This document shows positions 19,694 to 28,128 of a DNA stretch of 64,000 nucleotides, one piece after another. Position 1 is the stretch's first letter; the number at the start of each line of letters is the position of its first letter. Both the position numbers and the translations under genes were made by a program. The notes beneath the pieces are model-generated. The model was not told where the DNA came from. It ran no database searches and worked only from the letters and a program-made list of their open reading frames with translations. The stretch lies in IMG/VR virus record IMGVR_UViG_3300032893_000018, positions 29,898-93,897 of that record. One strand, written 5' to 3'. The DNA comes from a virus.

Positions 19694-22248
19694 CGGCCGT
19701 CGCGACGAACTACAAGTTCCCGACCGAGAAGAGCTCGGACGGATCGATCCGCGCCGTGTCGAGCTTCGGCCCCGACATGACGTCCTTCGGCCTGGACCCG
19801 TCGCACCTCGGGAAGGCCGGCTACGACGCGGAGGCGCTGTACAACAGCGAACGCGCCAAGGAGCTCGACTTCCGATCGAGCTTCTACCGGTGCACGAACC
19901 ACAATTGGAAGCCATTCAACATGGACGGCGGGCTGATTGGGCCGCAGGAGCGCAGCGCTCCGTTCGAGGGCGCTCAGCCCATGATGTCGACCATGTCGGG
20001 GCCGACGTCGTACGTGCCGCTGTCGGCGCGCCGCCCGCACGCGCCGGTTCGGATCGCGCGCACGATCGTGCGCGCGTTCACCGGGATGCTCTTCGGGCAC
20101 AATCGCTGGCCCGGGATCCGCAGCGACGACCCCGACACGCAGGCGTTCGGCGAGGCCGTGGCGAAGGCGGCGAACCTCCGGAACCGGTTCGTGCGGGCGC
20201 GGAACCTCGCGGGCTCGTGCGGCACCGCGGCGCTCTCGTGGTTCTTCCGCCAGGGCTCGCCGCGCGTGCGGGTGCACACCGGGCGGTTCGTCCACGTGCT
20301 CGAGTGGGACGACGTCGACGACTACGTCGTGAGGCACGCGACGGAGCTCTACCAGAGCTGGGCGACGCGCGAGACCGAGGACGGGCCGCAGCGCTATCGC
20401 GTGTGGGTGCGTCGCGATTGGACGCCCGAGGCCGACGTCGTGTTCAAGCCGATCGAGGTGACGGGCGAGAGCCCCGAGCAGTGGGTGATCGATAAGGAGC
20501 GGAGCTTCGTTCATGGCGACGGGTTCGCCCACATCGTCTGGCTCACGAACTACCCGGACGACGACGAGCCGTCGGCGGTCGACGGGCAACCGGATTACGC
20601 CGAGCTGTACGACCCGATGGCGACGCTCGACGTGTCGAACTCCGTCGCCGTGCGCGGCGTGATGCGGAACCTCGACCCGACGCTCGTCGTGAAGATGGAC
20701 CCGATGGACGTCGGCGCGGCGATGATCAAGAAGGGCAGCGATAACGCCCTGGTCGTCGGCGAGCAGGGCGACGCGGATTACCTCACGATCGATGGAGATG
20801 TGGTGACGGCGGGCAAGGAGTTCGTCGGCACGCAGCGCGAGCAGATCCTGGAAGTCGCGCAGTGCGTGGTGCCCGATCCGAACGAGGTCGCCGCGGGCGG
20901 CACGAGCTCGGTCGCGCAGAAGATGATGTACGCGCCGATGATCGGCACCGCCGACGTCCTTCGCGAGCCGTGCGGGCACGCGCTCGTCCAGCTGCTCGAA
21001 CAGATGAAGCTATCGGCTGCAAACGAGATGAGCCGACCGCCGGGCGAGGTGCAGGAGTACGACGTCGACCTGTCCGAGCCCGAGTCGGAGCCCGACGCGC
21101 TGGAGCAGGACGACGACGTTGAGAACTTCGAGGCCGAGGAGATGACAGCGGCGGACCAGGAGCAGCCGGCATCCGCGGTCGAGTACTACCTCGACCTCCC
21201 TCCGCGCGTAGTGATCGACGTCGTCGACGGTCAGAAGGTCGAGCGCAAGGTCGAGATCAAACCGGGCGAGGGGAAGTTCTGGCTGGAGTGGGGCGAGTAC
21301 TTCCCGCCGACGTCACAGGACAAGCAGGCCGCCACCGAGGCGGTGTCGTCGGCGGCGGGCGGGAAGTCCGTGCTGTCGCAGCAGACCGCGGTCGAGCTCG
21401 CGTCATCGCTGTACAACAAGGACGCCACGGAGGAGTGGGCGCGCGTGCAGGCGGAGCGCGAGCAGGACGCACGCGAGACGGCGGGCATGTTCCCGGGCAC
21501 GGGCGGCGAGGTCGATCCGAACGCGTCCGAGCCCGTCGACACCCCTGCGCCCGACGACGATCAGGAGACGTTGATCACGCCGACCGACATGAGCGTCGTC
21601 ACGCTCGTGAACGAGGCGCGCGCGTCGGCAGGGCTCGGTCCGCTCCGCACGCCCGAGGGGCAGTCCGACCCCGACGGGTGGCTCACGGTCGAGGAGTTCC
21701 GCGCGAAGCGACAGGCGAAGGGCGAGCAGCAGGGCGCGGTCGAGGGCAAGGTCGCCGCGGGCGTCGACCCAGCGGATGCGGCAGCCGACGCGATCGATGC
21801 GCCGGCTGCCGATGCGCCGCCGACCGATGCTGCCGATCCGCCGACCGGCGGTGGCGACATCACGAACCAGGTCGACGGGATCCTGCAGGGCGATTTCCCC
21901 GACGAGGCGTTCGACTGGGTGCACGACGCCAAGTGGACGGGCCCGACGAGCGTGCCGATTGACAAGATCGACACGTCGCAGCGCGACACGTGGCGCGCTA
22001 GCAAGGAGCCCGGCAAGGTCGCCGACTTCGCTGGCCTGATGCAGGCGGGCGGTGAGGACATCAAGCCGGTGATCCTCGTGCGATGGCCCGGTTCGAAGCA
22101 GCTGTTCGTCGCCGATGGTCACCACCGAGTGCTCGCGGCGGAGAAGGCGGGCGTGCCGGTGAAGGCGTTCATCGCCGACGTGCCGCAGCAGAACGGCCCG
22201 TGGATGACGATGCACTCGAAGCAGATCCCGAAGGCGGCAGGGCAATGA
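19681..22248 (+). CDS. Portal protein with C-terminal ParB-like domain
   Basis: Position after terminase; VNEARASAGLGPL portal C-terminal motif; terminal PVILVR...ADGHHRVLAA. Confidence 0.75.
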   Translation: MVAVTAVATNYKFPTEKSSDGSIRAVSSFGPDMTSFGLDPSHLGKAGYDAEALYNSERAKELDFRSSFYRCTNHNWKPFNMDGGLIGPQERSAPFEGAQPMMSTMSGPTSYVPLSARRPHAPVRIARTIVRAFTGMLFGHNRWPGIRSDDPDTQAFGEAVAKAANLRNRFVRARNLAGSCGTAALSWFFRQGSPRVRVHTGRFVHVLEWDDVDDYVVRHATELYQSWATRETEDGPQRYRVWVRRDWTPEADVVFKPIEVTGESPEQWVIDKERSFVHGDGFAHIVWLTNYPDDDEPSAVDGQPDYAELYDPMATLDVSNSVAVRGVMRNLDPTLVVKMDPMDVGAAMIKKGSDNALVVGEQGDADYLTIDGDVVTAGKEFVGTQREQILEVAQCVVPDPNEVAAGGTSSVAQKMMYAPMIGTADVLREPCGHALVQLLEQMKLSAANEMSRPPGEVQEYDVDLSEPESEPDALEQDDDVENFEAEEMTAADQEQPASAVEYYLDLPPRVVIDVVDGQKVERKVEIKPGEGKFWLEWGEYFPPTSQDKQAATEAVSSAAGGKSVLSQQTAVELASSLYNKDATEEWARVQAEREQDARETAGMFPGTGGEVDPNASEPVDTPAPDDDQETLITPTDMSVVTLVNEARASAGLGPLRTPEGQSDPDGWLTVEEFRAKRQAKGEQQGAVEGKVAAGVDPADAAADAIDAPAADAPPTDAADPPTGGGDITNQVDGILQGDFPDEAFDWVHDAKWTGPTSVPIDKIDTSQRDTWRASKEPGKVADFAGLMQAGGEDIKPVILVRWPGSKQLFVADGHHRVLAAEKAGVPVKAFIADVPQQNGPWMTMHSKQIPKAAGQ

Positions 22249-22376
22249 TCCGGAAGAAGGGATCGCAGTACCAGGTGCGCTCGAAGAGCGGGAAGAACCT
22301 CGGCACGTACAAGTCGAAGGCCGGCGCGAAGAAGCGCCTCGCTCAGGTCGAGTATTGGAAGCACAAGAAGAAGTGA
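22245..22376 (+). CDS. Small basic phage protein
   Basis: MIRKKGSQYQVRSKSGKNLGTYKSKAGAKKRLAQVEYWK; ATGA overlap. Confidence 0.7.
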   Translation: MIRKKGSQYQVRSKSGKNLGTYKSKAGAKKRLAQVEYWKHKKK

Positions 22377-22380
22377 GCGA

Positions 22381-24366
22381 ATGGCCGCGCGGAAACCGCC
22401 ACCGCACGAGCTCGTCAAGGCGACGCGCGACGACGCGAACGCGTACAAGGGTCGCGCCGATCCCGTGCGCGTGCTCCGGGCGAACCGCGAGCAGGTGATC
22501 CGGCTTGCGCAGGGCAAGGGCGTCGGCCGCATGCGCGAGGTGCTGAAGCGCGCGGAGAAGGCGCTCGCGTCGCGCCTCGGCTCGGGCCCGCTTGCCGGTG
22601 GCAAGGAGGGGTTCTCCGCGGTGCAGCGCCGGCTCGCGCTTGCACAGATCCGCGCGGTGGTCGGCGACGTGGGCGATGGCGTGAAGGACGTCGTCGTCGA
22701 TGGTGCGGGGCCTCTCGCGGAGGACGCGGGCGCGGGCGTGATCGACTACATGCGCGCGTCGGATCGGAAGTTCAGAGGCATCGTCGAGCGGCTACCGATC
22801 CGCGAGGCCGCGGTGCTCGACCGCGCGACGCAGGGCGCCGAGAGCAGCGTGCTTCACCGGCTGATGGGCGACCCGAGGAAGGGTCCGGGGATCCTCAAGC
22901 GGTACGGCGACGGCGTCGTCGAGCGGTTCGAGCAGGCGCTGCAGCAGCGCTTCCTGCAGAAGACATCCTGGGAGGACACGCGCGCCGCGATCGTCGCCGA
23001 GTCGCCGTTCCTGCAGGGCGTGCCCGGGCACTGGGCGGAGCGCATCGTGCGCACCGAGTGCTTAGTCGGCGAGACGCCGGTTTCCGGAGCGGTGGTACGG
23101 GCAGCTTTTCGCCGGTGGTACGAGGGCCCGATCGTCGAGTTCATCACCGACAATGGCCGCCACTTCGCCACAACCCCGAATCACCCAATGCTGACGAGGC
23201 GCGGATGGGTCGCGGCGGCGGCTCTCAACGATGGTGACGATCTGGTCTGCTACCGAGGGCAGCAGCACGCGCGTGCGCCTGGCGACGAACACCGTGAGCA
23301 CGCACCATCCACGGTCGCTCAGATATTCGATTCGCTCACGGAGATACGGGTCCTTCAGCGGCGACGCGGTTCCAAGGACGACTTCCACGGCGACGGGATG
23401 CAGCGCGAGATCGAGATTGCGAGTGCCGACCGGGAGCTGGAGGTCGGGGTGTACGCCCCTCTCTTCAAGCCACTGTGCGATCAGATCCTCACCCCAACCC
23501 ACGCGACGCGCCCTGCTTTTTGCCGCAATTGCGGACGCCTTCTGTCGATCGATGAGCAGGCGTGCTTCTGCAGAGCTCCGAATTTGTACTCCCTCCATAC
23601 GCAAACGGTAGAGCACGCCGCGTTTATCGATGCCGAACTCGCGAGCGAGACTCTTGATGCTCTCGCCGGAGACGTAGCGTTTCGCAATCGCTTGCGTGGG
23701 CACCTCGCCGCGGAACCTGGGTGGCACTCCGCCCCTGGTATGAAACGCAAGGCGAGCCGCCGATCGGGTGCGGGCCTTTCCGATCTTGCGCAGATGCTTG
23801 CGCAGAGTGTGGACGTTGGCTCCGGCTCGGGCGGCCGCGTCGCCGGTGCTCGCGCCTGCGACGTAGAGTTCGATGGCGTGGTCGAGGTTCGAATGCGCGA
23901 GTTTCGAGGACACGTCTACAACCTGACCACGTGGGACGGATACTTCTGCATTGCCGGAGCTTATACCGGAAACACGATGGGTGTGTATAACCGCGCGTCG
24001 CTCGACGCGTCCCGCGAGCTCGATGACCAGCTCGGCGACGTCGTGAAGATCCTGTGCGCCACGTTCGACGGTCGCACGGCGTGGGACAGCTACCTCGTGC
24101 ACGGGCAGATCCGGCGCGTCGACGAGCCGTTCGAATGCCCCGAGTATAACGGGTCGGTGCATCGGTACATGCATCCGCCGAACCGCCCGAACGATCGCGA
24201 GGTGGTCGTGACGCACCGGGTGGCGTGGCCGATCCCCCCGGAGCTCCGCCCGCGGCCGAGGAGCGAGGCGGCGTCGCGGTGGGCCGACGCGGGGTACTCG
24301 CGGGCGATGCCGGCGACGCCGCGACAGACCACCGTGCCGCTTGAGCGGTTCGGCAGGGTCGCTTGA
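22381..24366 (+). CDS. MuF-like minor head protein containing an intein
   Basis: Spliced junction RIVRTE|TMGVYN; FDGRT, VHGQIR, HPPNRPNDR; follows portal. Confidence 0.85.
   Translation: MAARKPPPHELVKATRDDANAYKGRADPVRVLRANREQVIRLAQGKGVGRMREVLKRAEKALASRLGSGPLAGGKEGFSAVQRRLALAQIRAVVGDVGDGVKDVVVDGAGPLAEDAGAGVIDYMRASDRKFRGIVERLPIREAAVLDRATQGAESSVLHRLMGDPRKGPGILKRYGDGVVERFEQALQQRFLQKTSWEDTRAAIVAESPFLQGVPGHWAERIVRTECLVGETPVSGAVVRAAFRRWYEGPIVEFITDNGRHFATTPNHPMLTRRGWVAAAALNDGDDLVCYRGQQHARAPGDEHREHAPSTVAQIFDSLTEIRVLQRRRGSKDDFHGDGMQREIEIASADRELEVGVYAPLFKPLCDQILTPTHATRPAFCRNCGRLLSIDEQACFCRAPNLYSLHTQTVEHAAFIDAELASETLDALAGDVAFRNRLRGHLAAEPGWHSAPGMKRKASRRSGAGLSDLAQMLAQSVDVGSGSGGRVAGARACDVEFDGVVEVRMREFRGHVYNLTTWDGYFCIAGAYTGNTMGVYNRASLDASRELDDQLGDVVKILCATFDGRTAWDSYLVHGQIRRVDEPFECPEYNGSVHRYMHPPNRPNDREVVVTHRVAWPIPPELRPRPRSEAASRWADAGYSRAMPATPRQTTVPLERFGRVA
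23059..23973 (+). mobile_element. Intein (305 aa, residues 227-531)
   Basis: Block A CLVGETPV, block B TTPNHPMLTRRGW, block F HVYNLTT, terminal TGN followed by +1 Thr; lower GC. Confidence 0.92.
23062..23913 (-). CDS. Antisense HTH + DUF559/Vsr-like endonuclease nested in the intein
   Basis: Two HTH-like units (AIELYVAGASTGDAA; AKRYVSGESIKSLAREFGI), then E-x3-QWLEERG...QLPVG...DLAL..VAVEV...RIEYLSDRGWCVL; GTG start inferred. Confidence 0.8.
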   Translation of the reverse strand: MSSKLAHSNLDHAIELYVAGASTGDAAARAGANVHTLRKHLRKIGKARTRSAARLAFHTRGGVPPRFRGEVPTQAIAKRYVSGESIKSLAREFGIDKRGVLYRLRMEGVQIRSSAEARLLIDRQKASAIAAKSRARRVGWGEDLIAQWLEERGVHPDLQLPVGTRNLDLALHPVAVEVVLGTASPLKDPYLRERIEYLSDRGWCVLTVFVARRTRVLLPSVADQIVTIVESRRRDPSAPRQHWVIRGCGEVAAIVGDELDDRALVPPAKSCPYHRSGNRRLAD

Positions 24367-24394
24367 CCGCGCCCGGCGTGATACTGATCTCGTC

Positions 24395-24643
24395 ATGGCT
24401 CAGCGCCCGAACCGACCGATGAAGCTCGGCGTCACGAAGGCGCCCGCGGCGCGCGACAGCGCCGGGCGCTTCTCCGCGCTGCCCGACAACCCGATCGACG
24501 AGGTCGACGCGGGCAGGAAGGCGAGCGAGTGGGCCCCGGGCATCGGCCAGGGCACGGCGCGCACGTTCGATGAGCCGCTGCCGATGACGCCCGCCTTCAT
24601 CCCCGAGAAGCGCCCCATGGGCGCCATGCGAAACGGACGCTGA
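24395..24643 (+). CDS. Hypothetical protein
   Basis: ORF in head module. Confidence 0.5.
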   Translation: MAQRPNRPMKLGVTKAPAARDSAGRFSALPDNPIDEVDAGRKASEWAPGIGQGTARTFDEPLPMTPAFIPEKRPMGAMRNGR

Positions 24644-24662
24644 CGGATTACCGTAATCCGTC
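24642..24662. promoter_or_regulatory. Palindrome copy 2 (GACGGATTAC-C-GTAATCCGTC)
   Basis: Perfect 10-1-10 inverted repeat at a gene boundary. Confidence 0.75.
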
Positions 24663-24686
24663 GACCCCACCCAGGAGACCCGACCC

Positions 24687-24908
24687 ATGCCGAACAACTT
24701 CGTCGAGAACCCCACCGTGAAGTCGCCCGCCGCGAAGAAGCCGCGCGACATCACCCAGGCGTTCACCAACCCGCAGAAGCCCGTCGCCGACAACGGCTCG
24801 ACGGAGGACGCGGCGCGCACGCGGTTCGCGGTCGACGACGTGTCGCCCGGCGGCGGCGTCGGTTCGGTCGGCAACGGCTCGAAGCCCTTCCGCGTCGGCG
24901 GCGGCTGA
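24687..24908 (+). CDS. Hypothetical protein
   Basis: AGGAG SD. Confidence 0.6.
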   Translation: MPNNFVENPTVKSPAAKKPRDITQAFTNPQKPVADNGSTEDAARTRFAVDDVSPGGGVGSVGNGSKPFRVGGG

Positions 24909-24914
24909 TCTCCG

Positions 24915-25337
24915 ATGGGTCAGCTCGTTCTCAGCGGGACGCTGCAGGGCGGCCCCCCGAACGGCACGGACATCGGTCCGGGCCCGCGCATGTCGCTGAA
25001 CGTCCCGCTGGCGTTCAAGGGCGGCAGCTGGGGCAAGTCGTACAACGCGGCGACCGGCATCCTTCAGCGCTCGGTGTCGACCGACGTCTACCTGCAGCTG
25101 GCGGGCGTGAGCAGCAGCGCGTCGGATCCCGTGACGAAGGGCGATACGCTCTACCTGCTCACGAACGGCCCCGTGTCGTTCCGGCTCACGACGGACGACG
25201 GGAGCGGCGGCAACGTCGTCGCGGTCGTCCCCGTCGACGGGTTCGCGATGTGGGAGTTCCCCGGCAACAAATTCCTCAAGCTGCTCGAGGTGCTCGGCTC
25301 CGCGAGCATCGAGTACTTCGTCAGTGGCCAGCAGTGA
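24915..25337 (+). CDS. Putative virion structural protein
   Basis: Beta-rich ORF in head module. Confidence 0.55.
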   Translation: MGQLVLSGTLQGGPPNGTDIGPGPRMSLNVPLAFKGGSWGKSYNAATGILQRSVSTDVYLQLAGVSSSASDPVTKGDTLYLLTNGPVSFRLTTDDGSGGNVVAVVPVDGFAMWEFPGNKFLKLLEVLGSASIEYFVSGQQ

Positions 25338-25488
25338 CGTGACTCGCCGCCGCGACCTGGGCTAAGCTCCTTCGCGGGCCGCGTCCCGGCGCGCGGCGGT
25401 CGTCGAACGGCACTCACGCGCGGACGGCGGCTAGGCGAACCACAACACCGGAGCCACCCCCTGAGAACGGGGAGAGACAGAGGCCACC

Positions 25489-26166
25489 ATGACCGTACGT
25501 GAAGACTTCAACCGCGCGCCGATCGGCGCGCTTCCCGACATGTTCCGCGTGCTCGCGCTCGGCGACTTCCTCGCCGGCAACGTGCCGCAGTTCTTGCGAC
25601 ACCAGGACCCCGTCGCGGTGGGTGGCTATGGCGTCGCGTCGACCGAGATGGTCTCGCTCGACTACTACAGCCGCGCGTCGAGCATCCAGCGCGCGACGAG
25701 TCGAGCGGGCACGTCGACGGGCGATCTCACGGTCGACGGTTACTCGGGCACGGCGCCCGCGGCGGCCCACATCGGCATCAGCCCGGACGGGAACCTGATG
25801 TTCGCGCCGTCGTCGGACGTGACGAACGTCGATGTGTACTACACGCCCGAGCGTGGCGTGCCTGTCGAGCTCGTTCGCCCCGTGTCGTCGAACGCGATCG
25901 CGTTGCCGTCATCCATCACGGATCTCGGCGCGGTCCTCCTGATGGAGGCCGAGTCGCTCGAAGGGACGCTCACCGGACTTCTCCGCGTGCAGCTCCCGTC
26001 GGGTTCGGCGGCGTCGAGCGGGTGCGCGAGGTTCGACCTTGCGAAGGCGAACGTGAAGTTCGCGGCGGCGAACGCGGTCACGCGCGCCCGCGTGCTCCTC
26101 CTCGTCTCGGTGTCGAGTGACGAGGACCTGCAGAAGCTCCTGCAGTCCGACTCGCAGTTCATCTGA
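25489..26166 (+). CDS. Putative head decoration/structural protein
   Basis: Position and composition. Confidence 0.5.
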   Translation: MTVREDFNRAPIGALPDMFRVLALGDFLAGNVPQFLRHQDPVAVGGYGVASTEMVSLDYYSRASSIQRATSRAGTSTGDLTVDGYSGTAPAAAHIGISPDGNLMFAPSSDVTNVDVYYTPERGVPVELVRPVSSNAIALPSSITDLGAVLLMEAESLEGTLTGLLRVQLPSGSAASSGCARFDLAKANVKFAAANAVTRARVLLLVSVSSDEDLQKLLQSDSQFI

Positions 26167-26184
26167 AGACGGTGAGGCAGGGCT

Positions 26185-26225
26185 AAAAAAGAAAAGGGGG
26201 CGTCGGGCTCCAACCCGGCGCCCCC
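26185..26225 (-). terminator. Intrinsic terminator facing the minus strand
   Basis: AAAAAAGAAAA then GGGGGCGTCGGG-CTCCAA-CCCGGCGCCCCC hairpin. Confidence 0.65.
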
Positions 26226-26253
26226 GAGTGTTTCGACCAAGGAGGATCCGAGG

Positions 26254-27279
26254 ATGTTTGCAGCGTTCAGCAGGTGCGTGCTCGCACCATTTCTTTGCAT
26301 CGAGGCGGGCGAGGGTGACGGGGGTGGAGGAGATGGCGGCGAAGGTGGCGACGAACCGCCGCCCCCGCCGGCAGGTGCTCAAGGCACCGCGGGTGCTCAA
26401 GGCACCGCGGGTGCTCAAGGCGCCGCGGGTGCTGCGCCGGCCGCGCCACGCCGCACCGAGGTGTCGGAGACCGCGATCGCCGACGTGCGGCGCCGCGAGC
26501 GCCGGAAGCTCCTCCGGGAGGAGTACGGCACCGACAACGAGGAGGAGGTCGCGCGCATCAAGAAGCAGCGCGCCGAGGAGGCGGACCAGCGCAAGCGCGA
26601 GGCGGAGGAGCTCGCCACGTTCAAGGCGGCGGAGGACGAGCGCAAGCGCGCTTCGCAGACCGACCTCGAGCGCGTCACCGACGAGCTGACCAAGTCGAAG
26701 GAACGCGTCCAGCAGCTGGAGCGCGAGCTAGCCGACACGAAGCGCCAGGTGATCGTGGTCAAGCAGGACGCGGTGCTGTCGCAGAAGATCGCGTCGCACC
26801 GGTTCAAGGCGAGCCGAGCGAAGTACGTGCTCCGCGACATGGCGGAGTACGTGCACGCGCTCCCGAAGAAGGAGCAGGAGAAGTTCGGCGACCGCGAGAT
26901 CGATCGCTGGCTCCGCAAGTACGCGGCGGAGAACCCCGACTTCCTCGAACCCGCGCCCGCCGCGCCAGCGGCCGCCGCCGGTGCGGGTGAAGCCGGCGAA
27001 GGTGGCGAGGGCACGCCCAAGCCGCGGCCCGCGGCGCCAGCCGCCCCCGCACGCCCGATCCGCCGCCCGGTCGGCGCCGACAAGCGCCCACCGCAGCAGC
27101 GCCCCGCGCCGGTGACGGACGTGAAGAAGACGTTCGCGCCGGGCAAGGCGAACTCGATGACTGACGCCGAGGTGAAGGCGGAGCTGAAGCGCCGCGGGAT
27201 GTCGGGCTGGCCTGGCGCGGGTCGCGCGCCGCGGTCTCGCTACGAGGGCGGCGCGGGCCGCGACAGGAGCGGCAAGTGA
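26254..27279 (+). CDS. Capsid scaffolding protein
   Basis: Gly/acidic N-terminus, long charged coiled coil, upstream of capsid; 18-bp tandem repeat at about 26374-26433. Confidence 0.7.
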   Translation: MFAAFSRCVLAPFLCIEAGEGDGGGGDGGEGGDEPPPPPAGAQGTAGAQGTAGAQGAAGAAPAAPRRTEVSETAIADVRRRERRKLLREEYGTDNEEEVARIKKQRAEEADQRKREAEELATFKAAEDERKRASQTDLERVTDELTKSKERVQQLERELADTKRQVIVVKQDAVLSQKIASHRFKASRAKYVLRDMAEYVHALPKKEQEKFGDREIDRWLRKYAAENPDFLEPAPAAPAAAAGAGEAGEGGEGTPKPRPAAPAAPARPIRRPVGADKRPPQQRPAPVTDVKKTFAPGKANSMTDAEVKAELKRRGMSGWPGAGRAPRSRYEGGAGRDRSGK

Positions 27280-27938
27280 CGAACCAGCAGCTGAACCGCG
27301 GGCAGATCGCCATGGTCGCCCGCGCCGCGCACGAGGCGAATCGCGCCTACTGCCTGTGGATGGGCGACGAGACGGTGAAGCCGTGGGAGACCGCCGGCGA
27401 TCAGCAGCACGAGTCGGCCATGCGAGGCGTGGAGGGCGTGCTCTCCGGCACGACGCCAGAGAAGAACCACGAGTCGTGGCTCGACTTCAAGCGGCGCCAG
27501 GGCTGGACGTGGGGCCCCGAGAAGGACGAGGCCGCGAAGAAGCATCCGTGCATGGTGCCGTACGACGAGCTGCCGCCCGAGCAGAAGCTGAAGGACGCGA
27601 TGTTCATCGGCGTCGTGTCGGCGTGCGTGGCGGCGGCGTTCGGCGACGCGCACCTGTGGGTTGTGCCGTACGAGCGGCAGGAGCCCGAGCCGACGCTGGA
27701 CGCGATGCGCCGCGAGCGCGACTCGCTCAAGGTGGCGAACGACGAGCTCGGGTCGCTGCTGGCGGTGCGCGGTGCGCAGCTCGACTCGCTCACCGTCCAG
27801 CTGACGGGGACGCTGAAGAAGCTCGACGATGCGCTCGCGCAGCTCGACGCGAAGCCCGACAGCGAGGAGAAGGTGCCGACGTCGCCGAGCGGCGACCCGC
27901 CCCCGGCTCCACCGACGGAAGCGCCCCCCGCGCCCTGA
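27276..27938 (+). CDS. RyR-domain phage protein
   Basis: NHESW...GWTWGPEKDEAAKKHPCMVPYDELPPEQKLKD. Confidence 0.85.
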   Translation: MTNQQLNRGQIAMVARAAHEANRAYCLWMGDETVKPWETAGDQQHESAMRGVEGVLSGTTPEKNHESWLDFKRRQGWTWGPEKDEAAKKHPCMVPYDELPPEQKLKDAMFIGVVSACVAAAFGDAHLWVVPYERQEPEPTLDAMRRERDSLKVANDELGSLLAVRGAQLDSLTVQLTGTLKKLDDALAQLDAKPDSEEKVPTSPSGDPPPAPPTEAPPAP

Positions 27939-28049
27939 CCGCTTGCGCGACGCCGGGTCGGTCGGCTACTAATCAGGGGTGTAGCCGACCTCGGCTCACC
28001 GGCCCCGATCCCGCGCGCCACCCTCGCGGTCACAAATCACGGTGGACTC

Positions 28050-28127
28050 CAAGGAGGCAGGTTGAGCGCGGGAAGGCAAAGCGCCCCGCGAAGCGGACGC
28101 GCCCGCAACCCCTGAAGGAGTCCACCG
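28050..28127 (+). promoter_or_regulatory. 5'UTR stem sequestering the capsid RBS
   Basis: CGGTGGACTCC (28050-60) is the exact complement of GGAGTCCACCG (28117-27), which covers the SD. Confidence 0.6.
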
Positions 28128-28128
28128 C

